Shown here: piece by piece, positions 47,913 to 56,724 of the stretch
Numbering within the stretch: position 1 is the first letter of the stretch
How the letters are laid out: each line of letters starts with the position of its first letter
NCBI GenBank assembly: GCA_904420015.1
Contig: CAJFTS010000033.1
Span: 66,523-130,522, forward strand
Direction of reading: 5' to 3'
Origin: an uncultured Clostridia bacterium
GTDB taxonomy: Bacteria > Bacillota > Clostridia > Oscillospirales > Acutalibacteraceae
DNA length: 64,000 nt
Program-made: the position numbers and the translations under genes
Notes under the pieces: generated by a model
Databases searched by the model: none
Told to the model about the DNA's origin: nothing
Seen by the model: only the letters and a program-made list of their open reading frames with translations

Positions 47913-48505
47913 TGTCCTTCCTCCAAAAGCTCGCCGATCAGGCGCATCAGTTCCCGGCTGGCATTCCGGATTTCCGTGCCGCTTCCGGTGGTAATCCCCA
48001 GCTCCTGCGGGGTCACCGGCTTTCCATACCGAACGGTGTGCTTTTTAAACGGGCGTACCCGCCCCTTGGCAATGATGGCGGCGGGAAGGATGGGGGTATT
48101 GGTGCGGTAGGCGATCATCACCGCCCCCGCCTTGGCCTTCAGAAGCGTCCCATCCTTGGAACGGGTCCCTTCCGGAAAAATCCCCATGACCTCCCCGTTT
48201 TCCAGCACGTCGAAGGCGCTTCGCACCGACTGGGCGCCGGTGGCCTCCCGGTTGACCGGGAAGGCGCCGAGCGCCGTAATCAGCTTGCCGAACCAGCCGT
48301 GGAACAGCTTGTCGTAGGCCATAAAATGCACCTGCCGCTTAATGCCCACCCCCACGAACACCGGGTCGCAGTAACTGCGGTGGTTGGAACAGAGCATCAG
48401 CGCGCCCGATGCCGGGATGTTCTCCCGTCCGATCAGATGCAGGCGGAAAAGGAGAAAGGCCAGCGGCTTTACCACACAAAAGGCAAACCGGTAAAAGGGC
48501 GTCAT
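47909..48505 (-). CDS. plsC: 1-acyl-sn-glycerol-3-phosphate acyltransferase
   Basis: SNHRSYCDP, GAFPVNR, FPEGTRS. Confidence 0.9.
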   Translation of the reverse strand: MTPFYRFAFCVVKPLAFLLFRLHLIGRENIPASGALMLCSNHRSYCDPVFVGVGIKRQVHFMAYDKLFHGWFGKLITALGAFPVNREATGAQSVRSAFDVLENGEVMGIFPEGTRSKDGTLLKAKAGAVMIAYRTNTPILPAAIIAKGRVRPFKKHTVRYGKPVTPQELGITTGSGTEIRNASRELMRLIGELLEEGH

Positions 48506-49167
48506 TTCAGCTTCCCCCTTACAATGCCCAGCAGCAGCTTGACCGACTCCTCCAGGCTGAGGGTGGTCGTGTTGACCACCGCCGCGTCGGTGGCGGGCTT
48601 TAAGGGTGCGACCGCACGGTGGGAATCGTCGTAGTCCCGTTTCTTCAGATCCTCCAAAACCGCGCCGTAGCTGACCGTTTCGCCCTTTTCCAAAAGCTCC
48701 CGGTGCCGCCGTTTGGCCCGTTCCTCCGGAGTAGCGGTCAGAAAAATTTTCACCTGCGCATCGGGGAGCACCACCGTGCCGATATCCCGCCCATCCATGA
48801 CCACGTTGTTATCCTTGGCCATGGACTTTTGCAGCTCAAATAAAAAGGCGCGCACCCCCGGCAGGGCGGACACCCCCGAAGCCGCCATGGAGACCTGCGG
48901 CGTGCGGATCTGCTCGCTGACGTCCTCACCGTTTACCAGCACCCTCTGTTCGCCGTTTACAAAGCAAAGGCGCACCGACAACCCGGCCAGCAGCGGGGAG
49001 ACCTCCTCTTCCTTTTTCGGATCCGCCCCCCGCCTCAGCGCATAAAGCCCGATGGCCCGATAAAGCGCGCCCGTATCCACATAAAGAAACCCAAGCTCCT
49101 TCGCCACCGCCCGCGCGATGGTGCTTTTGCCCGCCCCTGCGGGCCCGTCAATTGCAACCGCTGTCAT
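48502..49167 (-). CDS. cmk: Cytidylate kinase
   Basis: IDGPAGAGKST, DTGALYRA, MDGRDIGTVV, RDYDDSHR. Confidence 0.95.
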   Translation of the reverse strand: MTAVAIDGPAGAGKSTIARAVAKELGFLYVDTGALYRAIGLYALRRGADPKKEEEVSPLLAGLSVRLCFVNGEQRVLVNGEDVSEQIRTPQVSMAASGVSALPGVRAFLFELQKSMAKDNNVVMDGRDIGTVVLPDAQVKIFLTATPEERAKRRHRELLEKGETVSYGAVLEDLKKRDYDDSHRAVAPLKPATDAAVVNTTTLSLEESVKLLLGIVRGKLK

Positions 49168-49193
49168 AAAGCTGGCCTCTCCTTCACGTTGTG

Positions 49194-50444
49194 TCAAATT
49201 TTCCCCTTGCGTTCGAGGATTTCCTTGGCCGCCTGGCGGCCGGTGGAAAAGGCAATCTGCAGATTGTACCCGCCGGTATACCCGTCCACATCCAGCACCT
49301 CGCCTGCAAAGAACAGCCCCCGCACCAGCTTGGATTCCATGGTTTTGGGGCTGACCTCCTTTACGTTCACCCCGCCGGAGGTTACAATCGCCTCCTCGAT
49401 GGGGCGAAAATCCTCGATGGTCACCGTCAGGTTTTTCAGAAGCTCCGCCAGCTGCAGCCGCTGCCCGCGGGTAATCTGATGCACCTTTTCCTCCGGCGGA
49501 ATCAGGCTCAGCTTTATGATAACCGAAATCAGGCTCCTGGGCAAGAGGTCACCCAGGGCATTGGCAAAATCCCGGTTGGAAAATTTCTCAAAATCCCGCT
49601 GCAACCGGGCGTCCAGCTGCTGGATGGTCAGCGCGGGCTTTAAATCGATGATGACGCTGTACCGCCCCGGCTCCATCTCCCGCATATGGGAGCTGGCGCT
49701 TAGAATCACCGGCCCCGACAGGCCGAAATGGGTAAACAGCAGCTCGCCGAAATCGGTATACACCGTCTGTCCCTTGCTGTTGTCATAGACCCGCACCGAT
49801 ATGTTCTTCAGGGAAAGGCCCTGCACCTTTCTGCACCAGTCGTTCTTGGCCACCAGGGGGACCAGGGAGGGCTTAAGCCTGGTGACGGTATGCCCGGCCT
49901 GCTTGGCCAAGGCATAGCCGTCGCCGGTAGACCCGGTGGCCGGGTAGGACATGCCGCCGGTGGCGACCAGCACCGCATCGGCGTAATACTTTTTTCCATC
50001 CCCCGTCTGCACCCCCGCGATCCCCACCCGGTTGAAAAGGAGCCGCTGGGCCCGGCCCTGCCGGATTTCGCCGCCGTTTTTGGCGACAAAGCGGGTCAGC
50101 GTATCCACCACGTCCACCGCCCGGCCGGACTGAGGAAAAACCCGGTTGCCCCGCTCGGTTTTCAGCCCAAGCCCCTCCTCCTCAAAAAAACAGATGGTGT
50201 CCTGGGGGGTGAAATTGGCCACTGCGCCATACAAAAAGCGGCCGTTTACCGGCACCGCCTTGATAAAATCCTGGGCGTCGCAGTTGTTCGTCACGTTGCA
50301 CCGGCCCTTGCCGGTAATCATCAGCTTTCTGGCCGGGCGTTCGTTCCGCTCAAGCACCAGCGTGCGAAGGCCGCCCTTGGCACAGCATCCTGCCGCCATC
50401 AGCCCGGCGGCGCCGCCGCCGACGACAATCACATCATATTCCAT
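49194..50444 (-). CDS. HI0933/YhiN-family flavoprotein
   Basis: GGGAAG, ITGKGRCNVTN, GELLFTHFGLSGP, TSGGV, GYTGGYNLQ. Confidence 0.92.
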   Translation of the reverse strand: MEYDVIVVGGGAAGLMAAGCCAKGGLRTLVLERNERPARKLMITGKGRCNVTNNCDAQDFIKAVPVNGRFLYGAVANFTPQDTICFFEEEGLGLKTERGNRVFPQSGRAVDVVDTLTRFVAKNGGEIRQGRAQRLLFNRVGIAGVQTGDGKKYYADAVLVATGGMSYPATGSTGDGYALAKQAGHTVTRLKPSLVPLVAKNDWCRKVQGLSLKNISVRVYDNSKGQTVYTDFGELLFTHFGLSGPVILSASSHMREMEPGRYSVIIDLKPALTIQQLDARLQRDFEKFSNRDFANALGDLLPRSLISVIIKLSLIPPEEKVHQITRGQRLQLAELLKNLTVTIEDFRPIEEAIVTSGGVNVKEVSPKTMESKLVRGLFFAGEVLDVDGYTGGYNLQIAFSTGRQAAKEILERKGKI

Positions 50445-50481
50445 CCAATTCCTCCCACACAAAAGAACAAAAGCGGCGTCA

Positions 50482-51339
50482 TTACCGCTTTTCGTAAACC
50501 TGGTATTCCTCCCAGAGCCGCTCGAGCTCCTCAAAGGTATCGTTGACCTCCTGCCGGCAGGACATGGCCACCCCCGCAATCACGGCGTTGAGCATACTCA
50601 GCGGCGCCACCAGGGAGTCGACAAACGAAACCATGTCGCTTCTCGCCAGCAGCACCTGCCCCGCCCGCTCCGCCAGAGGAGAACGGCGGCTGTCGGTGAC
50701 GGCGATGACGTGAGCCCCCCGGTCGGCCGCAAACCGCAGCGCCTTGGTGGCCCGCTTGGAATACCGCGGGAAGCTGATGCCGATCACCGCATCCTTCTCG
50801 CTGATGCGGAGCATCTGTTCAAAGATCGCCGTTTCGCTGGTGGTATCCACCTGCACCACATTGTCGAACATGAGGTTGAAATAATAGCTCAAAAAGACCG
50901 CCAGCGCCTTGGAGCTTTTGACCCCGATGATATAGATGCGCCGGGCGGACGCAATGGTTTCCACCGCCTGGGCAAACTCTTCCCGGGAGGTTTCCTCCAT
51001 GGTGTGCTTGAGATTCTCCATATCCTGGGACAGGACGCTGGAGATGATGTCCTCCGACCCGATGCGGGTATCGGTCACCTCAATGCGCTGCAAGGAGGTG
51101 AGCTTGGAGCGGATCATCTCCTGCATGGCTTTTTGCAGATGGGGGTAGCCGTCAAACCCCAGCTCCATGGCAAAACGCACCACCGTCGATTCGCTGACCC
51201 CAACGGTAGCGCCCAGCTTGGCCGCCGTCATAAAGGCAGCCTTGTCGTAATGCTCGGAAATATATGCCGCAATCCGCCGCTGTCCCTTGGAAAAGGTGGG
51301 CGAAAGCTGTTCGAGTACGGCCAGTAATCCGCCGTCCAT
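50482..51339 (-). CDS. MurR/RpiR-family regulator
   Basis: VSESTVVRFA HTH, SIS domain (ISFPRYS, ITD-like VTDSRRSPL); start ATG 51339. Confidence 0.92.
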   Translation of the reverse strand: MDGGLLAVLEQLSPTFSKGQRRIAAYISEHYDKAAFMTAAKLGATVGVSESTVVRFAMELGFDGYPHLQKAMQEMIRSKLTSLQRIEVTDTRIGSEDIISSVLSQDMENLKHTMEETSREEFAQAVETIASARRIYIIGVKSSKALAVFLSYYFNLMFDNVVQVDTTSETAIFEQMLRISEKDAVIGISFPRYSKRATKALRFAADRGAHVIAVTDSRRSPLAERAGQVLLARSDMVSFVDSLVAPLSMLNAVIAGVAMSCRQEVNDTFEELERLWEEYQVYEKR

Positions 51340-51473
51340 GGTATATGCCTCCCTGTCGCCGGCCTGCATCCGTTTCCTTGCCCGGATGGGGCCGGCCGAA
51401 ATGATCTTTTTCCATGATAGCCGCCAAAGCCCAAACACGTCCTTTTCAGGCCGGCCGCTTTGATTTTGATTCG

Positions 51474-52046
51474 TCAACCCAAGAATTGCTCTCCCGCCCG
51501 GCGGGCCGCCGCCAGCGCCGGTTCCCTGCGGAGGGCCCGGTCGGGCAGGTCGGTCCCCAAAAAGGGGACGCAGGCGGTCAGGCGGCAGTTGAGGACGCTC
51601 ATCAAAAGCCTCGTCTGCCGCTCGAGGATATCGCCCCCGCTTTTGTCCACCGATCCCGCCGTAAAAAGCAGTGCCCCCGCCTTAGGCCGCTTGACCGCAG
51701 GGCGAAGCCCCAGCAAAAACCGGCGGCTCCAATAGCACTGCATCCGGTCGACGACCGCCTTGAGGGGCGCCGGAAAGGACAGATTGTATACCGGGGTGGC
51801 GATCACCAGCCCATCCGCTTCCTCCATCGCCCGGTAGACCTCGTCCATCCCGTCCCTTACGACGCACGACCCGTTCCTTTCACAGCCGCCGCAGCCGGTA
51901 CAGGGCCGAACCGGCCGGGCAAAGGCGTCGAACACCTCCACCCGGGTATCCGCCGCAAGCCCTTTGCAAAACGCATCCAGCATCGCCCCGGTAGGCCCGT
52001 CCCTCTTGGGCGAGCCGTAGAGCGCCAAAACCCGTTTCCCGCTCAT
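51474..52046 (-). CDS. Flavodoxin-like / Fe-S flavoprotein family protein
   Basis: GSPKRDGPT, CTGCGGC..C, ATPVY. Confidence 0.85.
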   Translation of the reverse strand: MSGKRVLALYGSPKRDGPTGAMLDAFCKGLAADTRVEVFDAFARPVRPCTGCGGCERNGSCVVRDGMDEVYRAMEEADGLVIATPVYNLSFPAPLKAVVDRMQCYWSRRFLLGLRPAVKRPKAGALLFTAGSVDKSGGDILERQTRLLMSVLNCRLTACVPFLGTDLPDRALRREPALAAARRAGEQFLG

Positions 52047-53116
52047 TCCACCAGCATCCGCTCGTCGCAGAAGTCGCAGGTGAGCATATCCCCGCTGCCG
52101 GAGAATAACCGGGGCAGGTATCCCTCCTGCCCGGTGATGCAGTTGGGGTTTTGGCAGCGGTGCTGGTGGGTGGAAGCGGGGCAGGGCTCCAGCATCCGCC
52201 CGCTTCCCTCCAGCATGGTAAGGATGAGCGCCATCCGCGCATACATGCCGTACTCGGTCTGCTCAAAATAGATCGCCCGGGGATCGTCGTCCACCTCCAC
52301 CGTGATCTCATCCACCCGCGGCAGCGGATGAAGCACCCGAAGGCCGGGCTTGCCCTTTTTCATCTTAGGCTTGTCCAGTACAAAGACCCCCTTCTGCCGC
52401 TCATACTCCTGCGGCGAAGCGAAGCGCTCCCGCTGGATGCGGGTCATGTACAGCACGTCGAGAAGGGGCATCGCCTCCTCCAGAGTGGGCACCTCGGTAT
52501 AGCTTACCCCCCGCGCGTCCATGTAATCCTTTAAGTAGCTGGGCACCCCCAGCTGGGGGGTGGAAATGAGTACGAAGGAATTTCCCGGATACCGGGACAT
52601 CTGCTTGATGAGGGAGTGGACGGTCCGGCCGTTTTTCAAATCCCCGCAGCAGCCGATGCACAGGTCGGTCAGGCGGCCGGTTTCCTCATTGAGGGTGACA
52701 AGGTCCGTCAGCGTCTGGGTGGGATGGAGATGGCCGCCGTCGCCGGCATTGACCACCGGGACCCTCGAATACAGGGACGCCGCCTTGGCCGCGCCCGCCT
52801 TGGGATGACGCATGACGATGATGTCGCTGTAGCCGCTGACCACCCGCACCGTATCCTTAATGCTCTCCCCTTTGGCGACGGAGGAGCTGTTGGGATCGTC
52901 GAAGCCGATGATCCGCCCGCCCAGCCGAAGCATGGCCGCCTGGAAGGACATCTGGGTACGGGTAGACGGCTCGTAAAACAAGGTGGCCATGATTTTTCCA
53001 TGGCAGGTTTCGGCAAACCGCCCCGGTACCCGCCGGATCTCTCCCGCCAGGTCCAGCAGCTCCGAAAGCTCCGCCTGCGACATGCTGTTCAGGTCGATCA
53101 AATGTCTGTTTGTCAA
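52043..53116 (-). CDS. pyrB: Aspartate carbamoyltransferase with C-terminal PyrI-type zinc domain
   Basis: FYEPSTRT, HPTQ, GDLKNGRTVHS, YMTRIQRER, HPLPR; tail CQNPNC...CDFC. Confidence 0.95.
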   Translation of the reverse strand: MTNRHLIDLNSMSQAELSELLDLAGEIRRVPGRFAETCHGKIMATLFYEPSTRTQMSFQAAMLRLGGRIIGFDDPNSSSVAKGESIKDTVRVVSGYSDIIVMRHPKAGAAKAASLYSRVPVVNAGDGGHLHPTQTLTDLVTLNEETGRLTDLCIGCCGDLKNGRTVHSLIKQMSRYPGNSFVLISTPQLGVPSYLKDYMDARGVSYTEVPTLEEAMPLLDVLYMTRIQRERFASPQEYERQKGVFVLDKPKMKKGKPGLRVLHPLPRVDEITVEVDDDPRAIYFEQTEYGMYARMALILTMLEGSGRMLEPCPASTHQHRCQNPNCITGQEGYLPRLFSGSGDMLTCDFCDERMLVE

Positions 53117-53214
53117 GACCGCTCACCTCAAATTTCATTTTTGGCGCCTGCCGCGTCCGCCGTGCCTGGGCTCAAAGCCGCAAAAGAACGCCTTTTTCGC
53201 CCGATATTTTCAAT

Positions 53215-53243
53215 ATCATAGCATTTTCTTTCCCTTCCCGCAA
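53215..53243 (-). promoter_or_regulatory. Probable sigmaA promoter for pyrB operon
   Basis: TTGCGG-17 nt-TATGAT with TG extension. Confidence 0.6.
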
Positions 53244-53367
53244 GACCAAATAATGAAGCGGACCCGATTTCTCCCTGCAAAGCCGCCGTCTTTTTCTCCT
53301 TCTTCCTCCCAGGACACGGGCAAAACCCCCGGGAGGGGCCGTCCTGCCGGGAGGGCCGCCCTTGTAA

Positions 53368-53583
53368 GTCATAAGCCACCGGCTTTGCCGGCGGCTTGAA
53401 CCGGCCTTATAAGGGCCGATTACCGGATGGGTCTCAAGGCGCTGGAACAGCGGCCGGACGTTTAGGGGCAGCAGGGCGAGTGAAGCGGGCTAAAGCCTTC
53501 ATCCCTGATAACTCCCTTCGCCCGGCGCTTGCAGCGAACGCTTTTTACGGGGCGCCTCAGCCGGCATTGCCGGTGGTTTCCCT
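53368..53583 (+). mobile_element. Palindrome-ended element, copy D (same ends, different interior)
   Basis: gtcataagccaccggc-ttt-gccggcggcttgaa start; gcgaacgcttttt...gccggc-att-gccggtggtttccc end. Confidence 0.65.
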
Positions 53584-53671
53584 TAGCAAAAAAACGGCGG
53601 GGACAACACCAGATTGTCCCCGCGCCTTTATTCCGGATTCATTCAAATCCCGTTGAGAGAAAAACAGCTTG

Positions 53672-53878
53672 TTAGCCGTTGTTCTTAATGCCATCCTCGT
53701 AAGCCTTGATCATTTTCTTGACCATCTGGCCGCCGACGGAACCAGCCTGACGAGAGGTCAGGTCGCCGTTGTAACCCTGCTTGAGGTTCACGCCCACTTC
53801 GCTGGCGGATTCCATCTTAAACTTATTGAGGGCCTCGCGGCACTCCGGCACTACTAAATGATTGCTTCTGTTAGACAT
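53672..53878 (-). CDS. alpha/beta-type small acid-soluble spore protein
   Basis: ALNKFKMESASEVG, GDLTSRQAGSVGGQMVKKMI. Confidence 0.95.
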   Translation of the reverse strand: MSNRSNHLVVPECREALNKFKMESASEVGVNLKQGYNGDLTSRQAGSVGGQMVKKMIKAYEDGIKNNG

Positions 53879-53998
53879 AATCGTGTTACACTCCTTAAAT
53901 CGATTTGAAAAATTTCTTTTGCGTTTGCAATCATAGTGTACACCGATCATCTACAGATATAAGAAGAAATTTTTTGGTTTGTTTCCAAATAAAAGAAC

Positions 53999-54805
53999 TT
54001 ATGCCTCCCGGGCCAAATCCCCCACGCCGTTTAGAATATGCCGAGGCCGATAGGGGAAGGTGCGGATGGTATCCCGGTTGGTCACACCGGAAAGCACCAG
54101 CACAGTGTCGATTTCCGATTCAATGCCCGCGATGATGTCGGTATCCATCCGGTCGCCGATGATGGCCGCATCCTCCGGCTTACAGCCCAAAAGCCGCAGG
54201 CCGGTTTTCATCATTAAGGGATTTGGCTTTCCAATATAATAGGCGTTGTAGCCGGTTACCATTTCTATGGGGGACATCAGCGCCCGGCAGGCGGGGACAA
54301 TCCCGTTTTCCACCGGCCCGGACAGGTCGGGGTTGGTTCCGATGAGCTTGGCGCCTGCCTGCACCAGCTCTACCGCCTTGACGATGCTTTCAAAATTATA
54401 GCTGCGGGTTTCGCCCACCACGACGTAATCGGGATTGACATCGTTCATGGTGATGCCCGCTTCATACAAAGCGTTGAGCAGGCCCGCCGCGCCGATGCAG
54501 TAGGCGCTGCAGCCGGGCATTTGGTTGTGCAGGAATTCCGCCGTAGCCAAGGCGCTGGTATAAAAATGGCTTTCGTCTACGTTGAGCTTCATCCGGGAAA
54601 GCTTTTGGGACAGCTCCTTGGGCGTGCGCTCCGAGCTGTTGGTCAAAAACAGAAAGTTCTTGTTCTCCCGATAGAGCCAGTCGATGAAATCCGTCACACC
54701 CGGCAGCACATGGTCGCCGTGGTAGATGACACCGTCCATATCGCAGAGGAAGCCTTTCTTCTCTCTTATTTTGTCCATACCGCTTTTCTCCATACCGCAC
54801 TCCAT
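53999..54805 (-). CDS. HAD-IIA (NagD-like) hydrolase
   Basis: CDMDGVIY, LTNSS, IGKPN, IGDRMDTDI; true start may be 54793 or 54778. Confidence 0.9.
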   Translation of the reverse strand: MECGMEKSGMDKIREKKGFLCDMDGVIYHGDHVLPGVTDFIDWLYRENKNFLFLTNSSERTPKELSQKLSRMKLNVDESHFYTSALATAEFLHNQMPGCSAYCIGAAGLLNALYEAGITMNDVNPDYVVVGETRSYNFESIVKAVELVQAGAKLIGTNPDLSGPVENGIVPACRALMSPIEMVTGYNAYYIGKPNPLMMKTGLRLLGCKPEDAAIIGDRMDTDIIAGIESEIDTVLVLSGVTNRDTIRTFPYRPRHILNGVGDLAREA

Positions 54806-55036
54806 TCTCCATGCCGTTTCTCATGGGACTGTGTTTTTCCTTATTATAAAGGTGCGCTCCTCTAACATCAACCCAATGCAGGCCCTCTTTTGCATCTTTA
54901 GCTATTTTCCCTTATCCATCAAAAATGCTACGATTTTTTGTATAAATTGAAGTGTTTTTTCGATGGCATCTATGTGCAAAACAATGTATACTTTGGATAC
55001 AATCTGGTTCTTCGGAACAAAAAAGAGGGGATTTTG

Positions 55037-55867
55037 ATGAAAAAGAAAGCGGCAACCATATTTTCCCTGGCACTGGTCCTCTGTCTATGCCTGGTTTCCT
55101 TGAGCGGCTGCTCGCCGGACGTTTATGAGATGTACATCCAGGCGGCGGCGAAAAACAACCAGCTGCAACAGATGGATGTGGACGTGGATATCGACGTGTC
55201 CATCGGAATCGCCGGCTCCACCTTCCAGACCACCGTCACCGGCTCCGCCAAGGCGGACAATTCCGGTCCTTCCCCCGTGATGGACATGGACCTGAGCATG
55301 TCCCTTCTGGGGCAAAGCATGGATATGCAGGTCTATTATGCCGACGGTACGGCCTATTATGACACCAACGGCGTCAAATACAAAATGGCGCTTCTTTACG
55401 ACGACCTGACGGCGCAGGACAACCCCGTCGACACCAAGCTGCTGGAATTTGAGGAAAGCGCGGTACGCAAATCCAGGATGGAATCGACGGCGGACGGAAC
55501 GCGCTACACGGTAACGGTTTCCGCCGACGCCGTCAACGATTATCTGAAAGACGCCATGGGCAAGTCGATGCAAAACAGCAGCTTTGATTCTTCGATGAAT
55601 CTGGACAGCCTGGAGATGAGCTTCTCCGACGTGGACGCCTCCTTTCTGATCGGCAAGGACGGCTATATCCACGAACAAACCCTGCTTTTCACCTGTACGG
55701 CGGATATGAGCGCCATCAGCAGCGGCGCTCTCACCGGGGAGATGGAGATGACCTATGACGCCTCCCTCACCTTCCGCGAGCCCGGCGAGCCGGTAACCAT
55801 TACCCCGCCCAATCTCAACGATTATCCCGCCTATGAAGATTTGCTTTCCGGCGCCGCCGTCAGCTGA
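55037..55867 (+). CDS. Lipoprotein (DUF6612-like)
   Basis: MKKK signal peptide with lipobox LSGC; beta-rich body; start ATG 55037. Confidence 0.7.
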   Translation: MKKKAATIFSLALVLCLCLVSLSGCSPDVYEMYIQAAAKNNQLQQMDVDVDIDVSIGIAGSTFQTTVTGSAKADNSGPSPVMDMDLSMSLLGQSMDMQVYYADGTAYYDTNGVKYKMALLYDDLTAQDNPVDTKLLEFEESAVRKSRMESTADGTRYTVTVSADAVNDYLKDAMGKSMQNSSFDSSMNLDSLEMSFSDVDASFLIGKDGYIHEQTLLFTCTADMSAISSGALTGEMEMTYDASLTFREPGEPVTITPPNLNDYPAYEDLLSGAAVS

Positions 55868-55893
55868 TCCCGCCTGTTTTTCCGCACCCGCCC

Positions 55894-55933
55894 AAGAAGG
55901 CCCGCCCCATAGAATGTGGGCGGGCCTTCTTTT
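55894..55933 (+). terminator. Intrinsic terminator
   Basis: aagaaggcccgccc...gggcgggccttctttt. Confidence 0.85.
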
Positions 55934-56160
55934 CGGTTTCCAGCGCTCCTATTAAAACGCAGTCGTTTTCCGGCTGCGGCCTGCTCCCATCTATCCTTTG
56001 TTCGTATTTTGCGCCGAAAATCCCGTAAAACTGTGATTTTTCTCCCAATTCGGCCTTTTATCAGGGGGGAAAACCTGCTATAATAAACGATAATCGCCAA
56101 GAACGCACATGGGCGACCAAGGCGGATGGCCGGTTATATTTTTAGAAGGGATGTGGTCTT

Positions 56161-56709
56161 GTGCATGAGGAACTCAAACAGATTCCCGCAAGGATCCGGG
56201 AGCTGCGTGAAATTTTAGACATTGGGATTTCCGATATGGCCCGTATGGTAGAGGTTTCGCAGGAAACCTATCAAAAATACGAAAGCGGCGAACAGGATAT
56301 TCCAATCAGCATGCTTTATAAGATTGCGGCGGTTCTTCATACCGACATGACGGTGCTTATTACCGGGGACGCGCCCCGCATGGAGCATGCGTCGGTGGTG
56401 CGGGCAGGCACGGGCGTCGACGTGGAGCGTTTCCCGGGCTACGACTTTTCTTCCCTGGCTTACAACTTCAAGGGCCGGGTAATGGAGCCGCTGCTTGTCA
56501 ATATTGATCCGTCCAACGAAACGCCTCCTTTGGCGGTGCACGGCGGACAGGAATTCAACTATGTATTGAAGGGAACCGTGAAGGTTGCCGTCGGCGCGCG
56601 GGAGTACCTGCTCAAGGAAGGCGACTGCATCTACTTTAACCCGCAGTTGCCCCATTCGCAGACTGCGGTGGGAGCGCCGGCCACCTTTTTGACGGTAATC
56701 CAAGAATAA
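56161..56709 (+). CDS. XRE HTH + cupin regulator
   Basis: RIRELRE, YQKYESGEQDIP; HGGQEFNYVLKG, GDCIYFN. Confidence 0.9.
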   Translation: MHEELKQIPARIRELREILDIGISDMARMVEVSQETYQKYESGEQDIPISMLYKIAAVLHTDMTVLITGDAPRMEHASVVRAGTGVDVERFPGYDFSSLAYNFKGRVMEPLLVNIDPSNETPPLAVHGGQEFNYVLKGTVKVAVGAREYLLKEGDCIYFNPQLPHSQTAVGAPATFLTVIQE

Positions 56710-56724
56710 TGGTGAGGATAAAAT

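Noticed and set aside
53117-53367. PyrR attenuator upstream of pyrB
   Set aside because: No AGUCCAGAGAGG-type binding loop or terminator/antiterminator set recognised.
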